This document shows positions 51,901 to 64,000 of a stretch of 64,000 nt of DNA, one piece after another; position 1 is the stretch's first letter; each line of letters starts with the position of its first letter. The position numbers and the translations under genes were made by a program. This DNA comes from Balanoglossus misakiensis (lineage: Eukaryota; Animalia; Hemichordata): contig CM082591.2 in assembly GCA_040954595.2 (NCBI GenBank), positions 3,333,957 to 3,397,956 of the forward strand, written 5' to 3'. Under the pieces are notes generated by a model. It had not been told where the DNA came from. It searched no databases and saw nothing but the letters and a program-made list of their open reading frames with translations.

Positions 51901-54900
51901 GTCAAGCAGATGGATAACAATACTAGCAGGATGAGGCATTAGAAATTATCAAACCGACATATGATAAACAAAACCTGGAAAAATGTGGGATGGGCTCTCA
52001 GGGGCTGACTATCCATCCTGGTACATGCAAGTTTTAAAATTGTCATGACAGATTAACTATAGCTCACTGGCTATAGACTTGGACACTAAAAAGTGAGTGA
52101 ATTATACATACCCAATACACAGGATGACAGTTAGCTTATGCCATGCTAGGGGCACCAGGCTTATGTATCAAAATTACTGTTGAAATAATTTGTGGAGTGT
52201 ATATATGGTAGTTGAGTCATACAGTACAGTATACATACCTTCATATCAAGGACAGCCAGCTGCTCAAAGGAACCACAGCGAAATCTGCTGCCACTCACAC
52301 CAAGTGATGTGTTGACACTGAGCGTGTCTGCTGCCAACTGCTTAATCACCTCCTCATGGGGAATCAATTCTGAAAGATATCAAAATAGTTATCGCTCTTA
52401 TGGACTAGACTGATGAAAAATAATTCAGAATGGCCAACTCTCCCCAAAGTTGAATACTTACTCCCATCCCTGAGAACTGGCGACTCTAAAATGAGTTCAA
52501 CAAATAAACCGAGGTAAGGACGCAGATCCTGAGATAAACTGGACGTATCCATGGTAACATAAAACTGCAAGAAACAGGAATAGAAAGTGAATATTTACCG
52601 GTGATATGAATCATCATTGCAGATTTAGTGATGTTGTGTAGATGCATGTATTTCATGTAAAATGTGATGAAAATACAGAAATGACCATACTGTTACAAGT
52701 TTTGATAACTGAATTGCAAGAATTCAATTATCATATCAAGGAATTCCAGCATAATAATCCTTGATAGCACACTCAAAATGGACAAGATGGCTGAGAAGTA
52801 AAAAATGAGTGGCAACTTAATGTCGTACCTTGACAAAATTTGAGTGAATGTCGTCTAGTTGGAATGTGAAAGGTATTTTGGTGATGTCCATGCTGTTACA
52901 GCCATCGGCGGTTTGGCTCAGGTTGTTGTATCTTCTGAGTGGGTGGAAGCGAATGCTGCTTGTGTCTGGTACGTCCAGGCTGCTGACCATCTCCCCTGGG
53001 GCTTCAACCTGTGAGTGGAGGGAGGGGGGGAGGGAGGGAGGGAGGGAGGGAGGGAGGGAGGGAGGGAGGGAGGATAAGAGAGAGGGAGAGAGGGGTGAGA
53101 GAGAGAGAGAGAGAGAGAGAGGGAGTGGGGAGATGGATGGAAAGAGATATGTCATAAATCATAAAATAAATGAATACTTAGTGAATGAATTTTCACATCT
53201 CCTTCCAAAACTGCATTTATCAAGCTTGATGCCATTTCCAGCCACCAATTCTCAGGCAATTATTTCCTCTGTCTAGACTTACTTCATTTTCTTCAGTGGC
53301 TTTGTCTAACAGTTCCCCTTTCTGTTTCAGTCCGTGCTCACCAAGCTCCTCTTGTTGTTTGGAGACTCTTGCTTTTTCAGTGTCGGCCATTTCCTGCATC
53401 AGGTTCTGGCTGGGTTCTCCCACAATCTAAGACAAAACGACACAGCATATTCACTCAACAGGCAGCTGTATTAACCCTTGCACCACCATGGTTCAGTCCA
53501 AACCCACTGTTTTCTACGGTAAGGTTGGACCTCTAACTTTTGCCAAGCACTGAGTGATCACACTTACTGTTACGATTGGTGGTTTGACGTACATCTCATC
53601 CAACAACTTGCACCAAAACTCTGCCGGTTCCTTCATCAACTTCTTAAAATCCGATATTTGATTCAACCTTCCTTCCAACTGGAAAGAAATAAAATGTATC
53701 ATTATTTAATGACCAGACTGTAAAGAATCATATTTTGCAAATATATTTTCACAACACGAGAATTTATCTCAATATATGTTGTGACGTCTGAACTGGACAT
53801 TTTGATGGTTCAAAACAACACAGGATTTTTCTGTCAATGTTACTCATTACAGTCATTCCAGAGCACTAACACATAACACACTCACATCGTCTTGAGTGTC
53901 TCCGTACAGCGCATCACCAATAATGATGAAAGCGAATGTATCATGTGGTCTATCCTCCATATTATTGAGAGACTCCAAGATCTGTTTGTGAACGATACTC
54001 GACATACGTTTCATATCAATGGCCTCTGTACCATCGGCGATGTTCCTGACAACACTGATCATTCTGAAATTAAACACATGATATCATAGTCTCATTTCTC
54101 AGTGGTAAAATGTACAAAGGAGCAAATTTTAGGAAAAGGTCTTAAAAATATTTCTCTTTGCTCATGTTCGTGTTCATAGGTAAAACCTGGAATTTTAGTG
54201 CTCCCGTTTAGGGCTCTATAATACAATACAAGACAATACAATGCAATACAATAGGATACAGAGCAGTGCAACACAACACAAAAAAATCAAGAAACACTCA
54301 CTTGTCATTGATCTTGGGTAGCTTGGCCGTGGGCACATTTTCAAACCTCATGTAGAAGCAGGAGTCCGAGTTCTCAATGATGGAATATTTCACCTGTAAT
54401 TCAGACAATGATTGTAACTTTAAATTTACATTTTAAATGTGTCTAAGTATACTACATGAACAGTCTTGATGATTCATAGTCTGTTTTCTCCTTTCTGTTA
54501 TTTGACCAACCATTTAATGGAACTTTGCATTGATCTATATCTTACCTTGCTACAATAGGGATCATCAATTTCTACAAATTCTCTCTGTAGTGGGGCGACC
54601 GCTGTATCTGTTAGATACTCTAGTAGGATACAGTTTGCCGACATCAAGTACAGGTCCTGTCAATGAAGTAATCAGTCAGATAAGAAATCAGTACATCAAA
54701 CAGTTGACCAATTAATCACCAATCCATCAATTATCAATATAGTCATCAATTAATTGTTCAGTGAGTGTGTCAGTGTGAGTGAGTGAGTGAGTCAGTTAGC
54801 CAGCCAGCCAGCCAGCCAACCTACCAACCAACCATAGCTTTGACATAGCTATCATCTCACCTTGGCTTTTGGACCTCTCCAGCCCATGTAGACCATACCA

Positions 54901-55698
54901 TTGGCTTCGTCGTCGCTCGAATAAGGGATCACTTTGTGGACCGCGCCGTCTAGTGGCGGTACATCAGATTGCCATGGCCTGGAGTATGGTGACAGTTCGC
55001 CCTGCATTTAGAATGTACAACAGGTATTAAAGCTGTAATGTCAGTTTTGTGATCATGAAATGTTCAGATCTCCCCAGCATGTGGCTAAATTATGAATAAA
55101 AATATCTTATTGCTCATAAGAAAATGTTCCCACCTTCGAGATGATTTTTTCTTCTATGGGTTCCAGGGCCTTGAAGACATCCTCTGGTTTGACTTGTCCG
55201 GTGATGACGAGACACAGGTTGTCGGGACGGTAGAAATCCCGGTGATAGTTTCTCACTTTCTCATTGGACGTGCTGTCCCGGAGATTCTTCATGATACCGC
55301 CAGTCTCCGACTGAAAATAATGCAGACGAAACTTTGATTAAATACTGTGCTTGAGACATCAACTGAACAAGAAAACTAAGACATTTTGAATATTGGAATG
55401 GTTCACGGCTAACCCCAAATTAAAGAGTATCAGCCCCGATACTCTATAAATGTTCTGGGGAAATTACTGCTTGGCATACCAATGATCACAGTTCCTGATT
55501 CAAAACTACATTGAGCTCACCTTGTATCCACAGTGTCCAGGGTACATGGCCCTCAGCATTTCGAGGTGACACCGACTCTCGCCAGTGTTTTCTCTAGCTT
55601 GCATTTCACAATACACAACACCGGCATTCTCCCCTTCACCGTTGATGTGGTGCACTTCTGTTATATATGATGCATCCTGGTGAGATAATAATGAAATT

Positions 55699-55734
<36 letters not shown>

Positions 55735-55890
55735 TTCATCATCATCATCATCGTCACCATCATCATCTCTATCATCATCATCATCATCATCATCATCATC
55801 TTCATCATCATCATCATCGTCACCATCATCATCTCTATCATCTTCATCATCATCATCATCATCATCATCATCGTCACCATCATCATCTCT

Positions 55891-55932
<42 letters not shown>

Positions 55933-55968
55933 TTCATCATCATCATCATCGTCACCATCATCATCTCT

Positions 55969-56007
<39 letters not shown>

Positions 56008-56043
56008 TTCATCATCATCATCATCGTCACCATCATCATCTCT

Positions 56044-56082
<39 letters not shown>

Positions 56083-56118
56083 TTCATCATCATCATCATC
56101 GTCACCATCATCATCTCT

Positions 56119-56160
<42 letters not shown>

Positions 56161-56244
56161 GTCACCATCATCATCTCTATCATCATCATCATCATCATCA
56201 TCATCATCTTCATCATCATCATCATCGTCACCATCATCATCTCT

Positions 56245-56287
<43 letters not shown>

Positions 56288-57189
56288 CCATCATCGATGA
56301 ATGAGTGAGTGAGTGAATGAATGAACAATGAATGAGCGATGGAATAATACAAGATCTCCCAATTCTTAAAATGTATTCAGTCTGGTCACTGGAATTGCTT
56401 ACCGTGAGAGTTGGATAGAGTACATGATCTAGATAGACTGGGAGAAGATTCAGAAATCCTTGGCATCCAGCTGTGGTCACAGTGTAACAGGTGTGATCTG
56501 TATCTGTCCAGGCATTGGTGCCTTGGGCCAAACAGCGGTTAGCTAGAAGGTCTAAAACACCCTAGTTCAAAAGAAACAAATGTGTTGCAATGAACTTTTT
56601 GCACTCCTATATTCATCCTTAAAATTTCATCATTTATAAAAAAAAAAGGCAAAATTATAATAATAAATTAATGCATACTATTATTGTTCTAGCTATTGTT
56701 TCGCTTACCTTGAAAGGATATTTTTCACTTCCCATGAACACCAGGTGCTCCAGGGTATGGGGTAAGCCATCGTCATCGTGAGCTTCCGTTGCTATGGTTA
56801 CAAGGAAACACAAGACGCTGTTATTTCCACTGCAGTTACATTAATGCAAGCCGTAGTGCAACCGTGTACGCATAGTAGAATATACTTTAAATGTATTGAG
56901 ACTGTAGTTTGAATACCTGACTAGGGTAATTTGGGTGTGCATATGGCGAGCGAAATCGAAAGTTTATAACAGTTGTCGCTTTCAATGACATGTCATGACT
57001 GGCAATTTCTTGCTTGTCGACAGTGTAGGCGTTTATTTACTTACCAAGGCAGAAAAATCCGTTGACCAAAGGACCCTCTACTTCAGCTAAACAGACAGTC
57101 AGTCCTGTTTTCTTCGATCTGTACTTGGAAACCGGGATAACCCCGTTTGAAACAACCGAGCATACTTTCTCGAAGTGGGAAGACGCCAT
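48921..57189 (-). CDS. Peptidase M16 (inverzincin) family protein, C. elegans C05D11.1-like, about 20 exons
   Basis: ATG at 57189 (MASSHFEKVC...GPLVNGFFCL). Inverted zinc motif in TEAHDDDGLPHTLEHLVFMGSEKYP, then GTNAWTDTDHTCYT, GVVYCEMQARENTG, YHRDFYRPDNLCLVITG and RQIRGLGLAY. The exact C-terminus is uncertain (see finding). Confidence 0.9.
49548..49640. mobile_element. Intact 85-bp piggyBac-like MITE with TTAA target-site duplication
   Basis: TTAA(49548-49551) CCCTTTCACC...GGTGAAAGGG TTAA(49637-49640). Confidence 0.85.
53018..53122. repeat. (GGGA)n/(GA)n purine tract forming the polypyrimidine tract of an M16 intron
   Basis: Runs of GGGA and GA adjacent to the acceptor at ~53010 on the minus strand. 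Confidence 0.8.
53471..53535. mobile_element. Truncated piggyBac-like MITE copy (reverse orientation)
   Basis: TTAACCCTTGCACCACCATGGTTCAGTCCAAACCC...GGTTGGACCTCTA. Confidence 0.7.
55697..56297. repeat. Compound (ATC)n microsatellite with ~55-70-bp higher-order unit, intronic
   Basis: (ATC)n runs punctuated by a recurring TCTTC and GTCACCATCATCATCTCT. It generates the spurious poly-M, poly-D and poly-S ORFs. Confidence 0.95.
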
Positions 57190-57504
57190 GCTGATTGCAT
57201 ACGACGTATGACCTGGGGTGACCTGGAGTGACCCGACAATGACCTATGTTCGCATTAAATATAACAAATGGGTCACTAACAGAGAGTCGGTGTATTTTTT
57301 TAAAGGAAAAGTCTTATTAAATCATAAATTAAGACAAGAGTACAGAAATAGAAAAAAAGTAAAGAAAAGGGACACTTTCTTCAAGTTTTACTGAGCAAAG
57401 ATATGACACACAAACAAACAAACCCGGAAGTGGAAGCAAATCTATCTGTGTTATTGTTGTGCCTAGGCACTGCAGCTGTCAAGAATAAAATCCGTGATCG
57501 AAGC
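57190..57504. promoter_or_regulatory. Bidirectional promoter M16 peptidase / MED18 with ETS site and nuclear-receptor half-site array
   Basis: Divergent ATGs 315 bp apart; CCGGAAGTG ETS/GABP-type site at ~57424-57432; four TGACC(T/C) half-sites at 57209-57245. Confidence 0.65.
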
Positions 57505-58959
57505 ATGGCCCTGCCAGTAACACCCATTCTATCGAACGTCACGGGAAGTCAGGGCGGCCAAGAGTATCTCCTGCAGGGAAGTGTCTTGGACGCGGCGCTG
57601 GACAGTTTACTTCACCGGTTGCGAGGTCTCAGCGACAACGTTGAAACAGCTCCTGAACGTTTCCACGATCATGAAATGGTCTATGTTTTAAGTAAGTGTA
57701 CATAGTCCAATCATGATTTCATTTTCTGTCTATGATTTGTGGATATTTGCGACTCCATACAGCCAAATAAAGCACAAACAAATCGCATATTTAAAGACTA
57801 CACATTTACATCAATTTCACATACATGTACAGCAATCTACTAGTACTATGGGCTGTTCACTGTTCAGAATACAATGTTATTAATTCTTCATACTATACTT
57901 ATCTTCAGGAGCCAATCCACCAAGTGCAGTAGCACCAGTATCACTCCGAGCAAGACATGCATTGGATCATCCTAATATGCCATGGTAGGTACACAGTATC
58001 TCTTGGGACTCAGACAATCGACAAGAGCTACACAATTTTCCATACTTTTGCTGAATGTAGTTAATTATAACTTTACTGTCTGCAGGCAATTGAGGTACGT
58101 CGGAGTGGCTGAGTTGGGAGACAAGAACAGAAGTACATTGGTCAGAAGTTGTATAGACTGTGGAACGTCTGATAATCTGTCGAGTTTCCTTGTAGAGATG
58201 GGATTCAGGTCAGATTGGACTTCTCTTGTGTGTTTGTGATCTGTGCACTCCTACAAAGTTGATAAACATTCGCAGAAGGTCGTGTGTATGAAGTAATGGG
58301 ACAAAATTTCACATTTCATGTAATTTGCCTCTTTTCAGATTGGACCATGAATATGTAGTCAAAGGTTACCTGTTCAGAAAAGGAAGAATGAAGATCACTG
58401 TCTCGAAACTCTACAGAGTAAGCCCAACCATTCTTGAACGATCACATTCTTTTCTGTTTTGAAAACACTCGACTAGTATTGTAGCAATGGGTTGGCTCAT
58501 ATTAAAATGGGTGTGGCCATTTTTTCTTTGTCTAGGTCTTGTCGCCAGGAAACACCGAAGACATTGAAGCCATTTCTGCATCGCATCTGGTCGAACTCAG
58601 CGTGATTGCGCCGGCCGGGCAGGAAGCCGTGGGCGACGACATGAGAACCTTTTCCGAGCATCTGAAACCGTATCCTTTGATTGTGTGACTTTTAACACCT
58701 TCACCACCATGGTTTGGTCCAAATCCATTGTTTTCTATAGTGAGAAGGACCTCTATACAGGGAAACAGGGGTGAAAGAGTTAAAGCATGAGTTGCCTGTC
58801 AGCTGAAAATTTGAATACCCACGTAACTGCGTCTGAATGCATCCGATGTTATTTGATATCAAAGTATCATGGATAAACGCCTTAACAGATGTATACAGAA
58901 TTGTCCAAATGGAAAAAGTGGATCATAGACGACTGCAGACATATCAAATGACGCAGTAA
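57505..58959 (+). CDS. MED18: Mediator complex subunit 18
   Basis: Exons about 57505-57691, 57909-57983, 58086-58208, 58339-58417, 58536-58669 and 58899-58959. Encodes EYLLQGSVLD...LLHRLRGLSDN, FHDHEMV, FLVEMGFRLDHEYVVKGYLFRKGRMKITVSK, SHLVELSVIAPAGQ and LKPIVQMEKVDHRRL. Confidence 0.94.
58670..58898 (+). other. U12-type (minor spliceosome) GT-AG intron
   Basis: 5' site GTATCCTTT, branch-site-like CCTTAAC at 58880-58886, short distance to the AG at 58897-58898, no polypyrimidine tract. Confidence 0.85.
58692..58783. mobile_element. piggyBac-like MITE copy inside the MED18 U12 intron
   Basis: TTAACACCTTCACCACCATGG...GGGGTGAAAGAGTTAA. Confidence 0.8.
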
Positions 58960-60993
58960 AGATGGATTGAGAAAAATTGCCAAAAGACAGTGAACGACCT
59001 GTGTAACTTATACGGAGTGGCAGGGACATGCAATGTAGGCATGGATACAGGACAGTGTTGTCAAGGGACAGTGTTGTCATGGAGATGTTATCATGCAGAT
59101 GTGGAACATTGTTATAGACAGTGTAATGCCATGGAAATGCATTGGACGTGATGCAGTACAGTGGTCTGTACTGACATTCTTGTGGCTGTCCGAGATAAGC
59201 TCAGAATCGGAACATGTTTGTTTGAAAAGAACTATGGTATCGTAGGGATTTATGATGTACTGTAAGGACAAACCTTGTAATAAAACTTTAATACCACACT
59301 AACATCTCACACTGGTACAAGACAAGTTTATTATTGCTAATATATTGCTGTTTAATACAAGGCTCAACACAGCTCAGCATAACTATTGAACTCAACCTCT
59401 GACTTGTCTGTGTCTGCGTGAGGGCCAGTTTGTATTTTACCGGTGGGCGGTGTGTGTGTATGTATATATGCAGCCATCATTACACGTGTGTGTGTGTGCA
59501 GTGTGTACTTGTCTTTGCTACACTGTGTGTGTGTTCCTAAACATGGTAAACAATAAAATATGCATCAAATTGTTGGCTATAAAATAACATAACTATCATC
59601 TATGCTATAGAACTTTTGATACAAACCATTCTTGAATGCTTCAGAAGTCTGATCAAAACTGAGGACATCAAGAAATATGGTGGCGACATGGGGTTTTATG
59701 CCTATTGCATCTTATCTTATACAAAAAAACATTGCACAAACTGAGAATAAATATCACATTATTGCATTCTGAAGACTCAAAAAAACTAAAGCTATATGAC
59801 CTGTTTACAGGAAGAAAAAAATCTTTGGTGTAAAGAAAACCATATTATCCAAAGAACCAGTTTTGTGCATTAAATAGAATATGAAAAATACAACGTATGG
59901 TGAAAATATAGTTTATAATTATATACAGAAAACGTATCAAAATTTATTTGTGTGTGTTGTTGATTTTAGAAAAATGTGTCCAAGCAGAAGCGAAAAAAAG
60001 CCTGGAAAAAAAATCCGATGTAAAGTTATTGCAGAAGGTTAGGGAGCATTCACTCCTTTCCAGCCAATGGTCGGTGTCTGAGCAAGTCATATGACAACAG
60101 AGGATCCCCTGGAACCTATCTCTTGAGACATACAATAAGAACACTTTGATCATAGGTTAGGACGGATAATTAGGATTGGGTCAGGAATATTTCATTCGTA
60201 CTAGTCTGTGAAGAACCAACAAATAAAAAGTAATTTTAGTCTTGAGTTAATTCTCAATGTATTTGCATAGAAGGAAATTGTTGACCTATTCCATAAATGA
60301 CTGTTTTTCTGTAAAAGTTGAATATTCCATAAATTATGTTATTAAAATATTGATAGCGCTGTATTCAAGTAGGTGTTCCTAGGGGTATTAATGACGTCAT
60401 AACAATTGAATTGCCCTAAAGTGTCACGAAATTTCACGCTTCTTGTCATATTTTTACACATAAAAATGCATAATTCAATACTTTCTTTCAATGGGGGCAT
60501 TGTCTGTGAAACGGAATTCTTGACTAAAAATAGGTCAGGCCCTGTATAATGGAGTCCAGAACGGTCTGAGAATGGCAGTAAAATAGCTCAAAACAGCATA
60601 CAGTATCTAAAATTTGTGCTAACATTCCTTACCCTCAGTATCAGCCTACACCGTCATGGGTAATTGTCTGTGAAAAACACTATAATATTTACAAACAGTA
60701 AAATTTCTAAAATTTATGTCAATATATCTAAAATTTACAGATGAATTTTCTTGTCTGAAGAATGATTTAATGGCCAGTATGTACACTATGTAAACAGTCA
60801 ACTGTTATTGTTGAAAATAGAAGTCAATTCTGAATTGGTTTGTTGACAATAACAATGGTCTTTTACAGGTTCCTGATGATGTCACAGCTAATGTGGAATG
60901 TTTTTTATTTTAAATTCAGTTCCATATGTGCATCTGCTGTTTTATCCATAGTTTATAGTTAAAATGCAAATCGTACAGGAACCATAGAAGGTG

Positions 60994-63974
60994 CTAGAAC
61001 TTTCCCTCCCCGACCTCCGCTGCTTTGTTGGTGTACCCTGAATGCACGCCCGCGCCGTCGCCGAGCACTTGAACTTTGGTGAGGGTCACCGCCTCCCTCC
61101 TCTCCTTCCTCTTCTTCCTCTTGAAAAGTCTCCCCGCGTGCGGATCGTTGGGGTCGGGCTGGTAGCGCCCGTACCACCAGATGAAAAGTCCGAAGACGAT
61201 GAACACGGTAATCGCGGGAATAAACGCTGTCGCCTTGATCACGAGGTTGTAATCGTAAAATCTGGAGTTGGTCTGGAAGTCGTCCTCTGCGTACGTTCTG
61301 TTCGTCAGCGGGTTGGTGTTCGCTTCCCTCCACTCGTAGGTCATCAGACTTGCGTTGTGCGTCGACAGCGAGACCTTGTCTGTGACGGTGATCACGCGGC
61401 CGTCGTAGTCGGTGTACTGCCCGAAATCGTAGGGCGCGTAGAATATCTGGTTCTTCCACATGTTGAGGTCGAGGATCATCACCAGGAAGATGATGCCGTA
61501 GTTGAACCATTTCCCTGTGCGAGATAAAGGAAACGATGCTGTAACGAGCGTAGTCGAGGATAGGACGCGCCATGGTGCCGTTCAGGGTTCTCCACTCTTC
61601 TGGTTGGCAGAGGTCAGGCCTGACCACCACTCGAGTGAAAAAGCTATCAAAGGAAGTCCACCAGCAGGCATGCTTGCGTACTCAATCTACTCTATTGTCT
61701 CGTTTTGATGCATTGATGAATGGATATGACTTATGTGTGGGTTGCATACAGATGATATAAGAACATGCACTCATAGTCAAACACACAACTTCAGGTTACC
61801 AGATTTGCACTGACATGCACTTCTTTCAACTTTCTTTACCAATCACACACATTCTTGAACAATCATGAGTTGATTACCTGTGATGAATATTCTCCATTCC
61901 TCCCGTCGAAGGCATCTTGGCAGCTCGAACTGAAACTGGGATGTGTTCAGGCCCGGCAACTTCACATCAAAATTCGATTCAAAATGAGGGAAATCCCAAT
62001 CCTGAGAGGAAAGAAAGAGAATTAAAGGGGCATGCCATACACAGCCAGTCTTTTGTTTCACACTGTTTCCCAATAAACAGTTCTGTACGCAGATAAATGA
62101 TCTATTGTTTATGTCTATAGAAATGCCCATGTCAATGAATATGGGCCTTTAAATTAAATGCATTTTGAAGGGTATGTATGATCAACGGCACAGCATGAAC
62201 CAGTATGATTAACCCTTTCACCACCATGGTTCAGTCCAAACCCATTGTTTTCTATGGTTAGGTGGGACCTCTAAAGAGAGAACTGGGGGTGAAAGGGGTA
62301 CAAACTGCATGTTTTTATTCAGGCGGCAGTTACGTTCGAATTAAAATTTCCAGATGACGGGCAACTTCAGCAACGTGGACTTACATGGTGCAGAGGAAAC
62401 TGTGCAAACGAAATGCAATGAGGCTGATGAGGCACCATACCTGATACATGTTACGTGTTTGGCAGTTCTAAAGTAAAAACATACTCGGAAAAACTTTTAC
62501 TAGATGCCGAAATATTGCTTGCCCGTCATCTGGAAATGCCAGCGACATGGGACACATGGCCAGATCACGTGATTGATAGTAAAGAATAGCTTACTGATTT
62601 TTACTCATCCTATGAGCTGTGGTCTCGCTAAAAAACAAACAAACAAATCAGTGAAGCTAATCATACCTGCATCACTATCAGCAGATCCATGATGAGGATG
62701 AAGGAAGCCAGGTAGGCTCGAGACACCTCGTTGGACACAAGGATGTCGTGGTTGATGCTGTCCCAGCTGACCCAGTCGGTGCTGATGACCAGCACGACGA
62801 CCACCGTCATGGTGACCCAGACCACCCAGAAGAGGATGATGCGGTAGTTGCCACGGTTCCAGAAGCGGCGGACTCGCACCGCCCACCCAGGGTAGAGTTT
62901 GTCCTGCAGCATCATATCGGTTACCTGAGAGACAGCGAAATGAACAGCCATGACATCCGGCACAGAGACTAGCATGGATAGTTCTAACCCAGCCAAGTAG
63001 GAGTCTGTCTGATACTCTATTCTCTGTGACAGGCAAATTGAAATATTCCAGAACCTGTTCCAGCCATCGGTCCGACTTCCTAGCTAGGTTAGACTTCTAA
63101 AGTAGTCTTGTAATATATATTGCAGAGATCAGAACAAAGGATATAAATGGTAAGTACCAGTACTTACCATCCATGCAGTCACAAAGTCTCCCATCCAGGT
63201 ACCGCAGGCCGCCGCCTTCATGAAGGTGGCATTCTCAATCCCCAGGTACCCGCTAACCACGTAGGAAGTGAGCGTGTCACCGCCAATCAGGTACAGCAAG
63301 TTCAACAGGTAGGAGAATATGAAGAGGCTGACAATCGTGGTCATGAACATGATCATCCAGGAACCTTGCTCGTCTCGGAACATCCTCAGTCGCAACACAC
63401 GGCCTGATGGGAAGGGAAGAGTCAACGTTGATGGTGTATTCAATTTACCCTCCAATATGGGCAGTTTATGAAGGACATGCAATAACAGACAATGCACAAG
63501 TAAACAATTTTAAAACTAATTTCTATCGCATCCAGCATTTTTTAGGCAACAATGTTGTTTTTGGTTTGATAAAGAATAAAGATATCATTTTTTATCTCTG
63601 AACGATGTATTGAGCTGTTCCACATTATTGTTTGACAATGACATTATTTTAATGGATAGATTATAATTCTATAACTAAAATTAACCATATGATTACTTAC
63701 CAAGGAGAAGTCTATGAAATACAAGTTTACCAACCAGCATACCGATGATGATCGCCACGAGCCATATCACTATCTTAACCAAACTCCAAGCATTAGGGGG
63801 ATAGTAGTTCACTACCAGGGCATACACATTGCCAACAACCGGAATATTGCACACTTTCCGGCTGTGCGCGACGGGATCCTCCGCAAATATCAGAAAGTTG
63901 CAGATAGTGACGAAGTAGGCTATAAAAAGCCTTGAGTAGGGATGCTGGAAGTAATATCGGAAATCTCGCTTCAT
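60994..63974 (-). CDS. TMEM117: Transmembrane protein 117 (frame is open to the window edge, so it may be 5'-partial)
   Basis: Exons about 63974-63700, 63403-63167, 62924-62666, 62000-61878 and 61514-60994. Encodes DFRYYFQHPYSRL...NFLIFAEDPVAHS, FMKAAACGTWMGDFVTAWMVTDMMLQD, DLLIVMQDWDFPHF and GKWFNYGIIFLVMILDLNMWKNQIFY. Confidence 0.93.
62209..62300. mobile_element. piggyBac-like MITE copy (TMEM117 intron)
   Basis: TTAACCCTTTCACCACCATGG...GGGGGTGAAAGGGGTA. Confidence 0.78.
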
Positions 63975-64000
63975 GTAGTATGATATTTCGCTCCAAATGC

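Noticed and set aside
55506-56531. Long poly-Met, poly-Asp and poly-Ser ORFs
   Set aside because: They are three reading frames of an intronic (ATC)n microsatellite; only the ends of the 341-aa ORF are real M16 exons.
16466-62300. Recurrent CCATGGTGGTGAAAGGG motif as a CRISPR-like or regulatory repeat
   Set aside because: Copies are dispersed, in both orientations and bounded by TIRs and TTAA, which fits a MITE; the context is eukaryotic.
62346-62537. 19-bp inverted repeat (ATTTCCAGATGACGGGCAA) in a TMEM117 intron
   Set aside because: Probably a fragment of another small transposon; single occurrence with unclear boundaries.

Overview
Eukaryotic, gene-dense, intron-containing genomic DNA from an animal. 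The gene set and sequence style suggest a marine invertebrate, possibly a deuterostome (inference; the taxon cannot be fixed from this window). Ten protein-coding loci are supported: the 3' part of an NMDA receptor subunit 1 gene (GRIN1, +), API5 (-), a choline/ethanolamine phosphotransferase (CEPT1/CHPT1, -), an intronless EPSTI1-like CUE-domain gene (+), MGAT4C-like (-), an intronless multi-pass membrane protein (-), an iodothyronine deiodinase-like gene (-), an M16 inverzincin peptidase of the C05D11.1 type (-), MED18 (+) and TMEM117 (-). The strongest finding is the deiodinase-like gene. It splices into a 309-aa frame only if an in-frame TGA at the catalytic position is read as selenocysteine, and its 3' UTR carries a well-formed GUGA-type, form-2 SECIS. 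It has a divergent active site and no membrane anchor, and the whole gene sits between two ~545-bp direct repeats. Other notable items are a U12-type intron in MED18, candidate cassette exons in GRIN1 and CEPT1, a tandem duplication of the GRIN1 pore-loop splice donor, a DR4-DR4-DR5 nuclear-receptor array, and several non-autonomous DNA transposons (piggyBac-like, Harbinger-like, palindromic). Exon coordinates were read by eye and may be off by a few bases.
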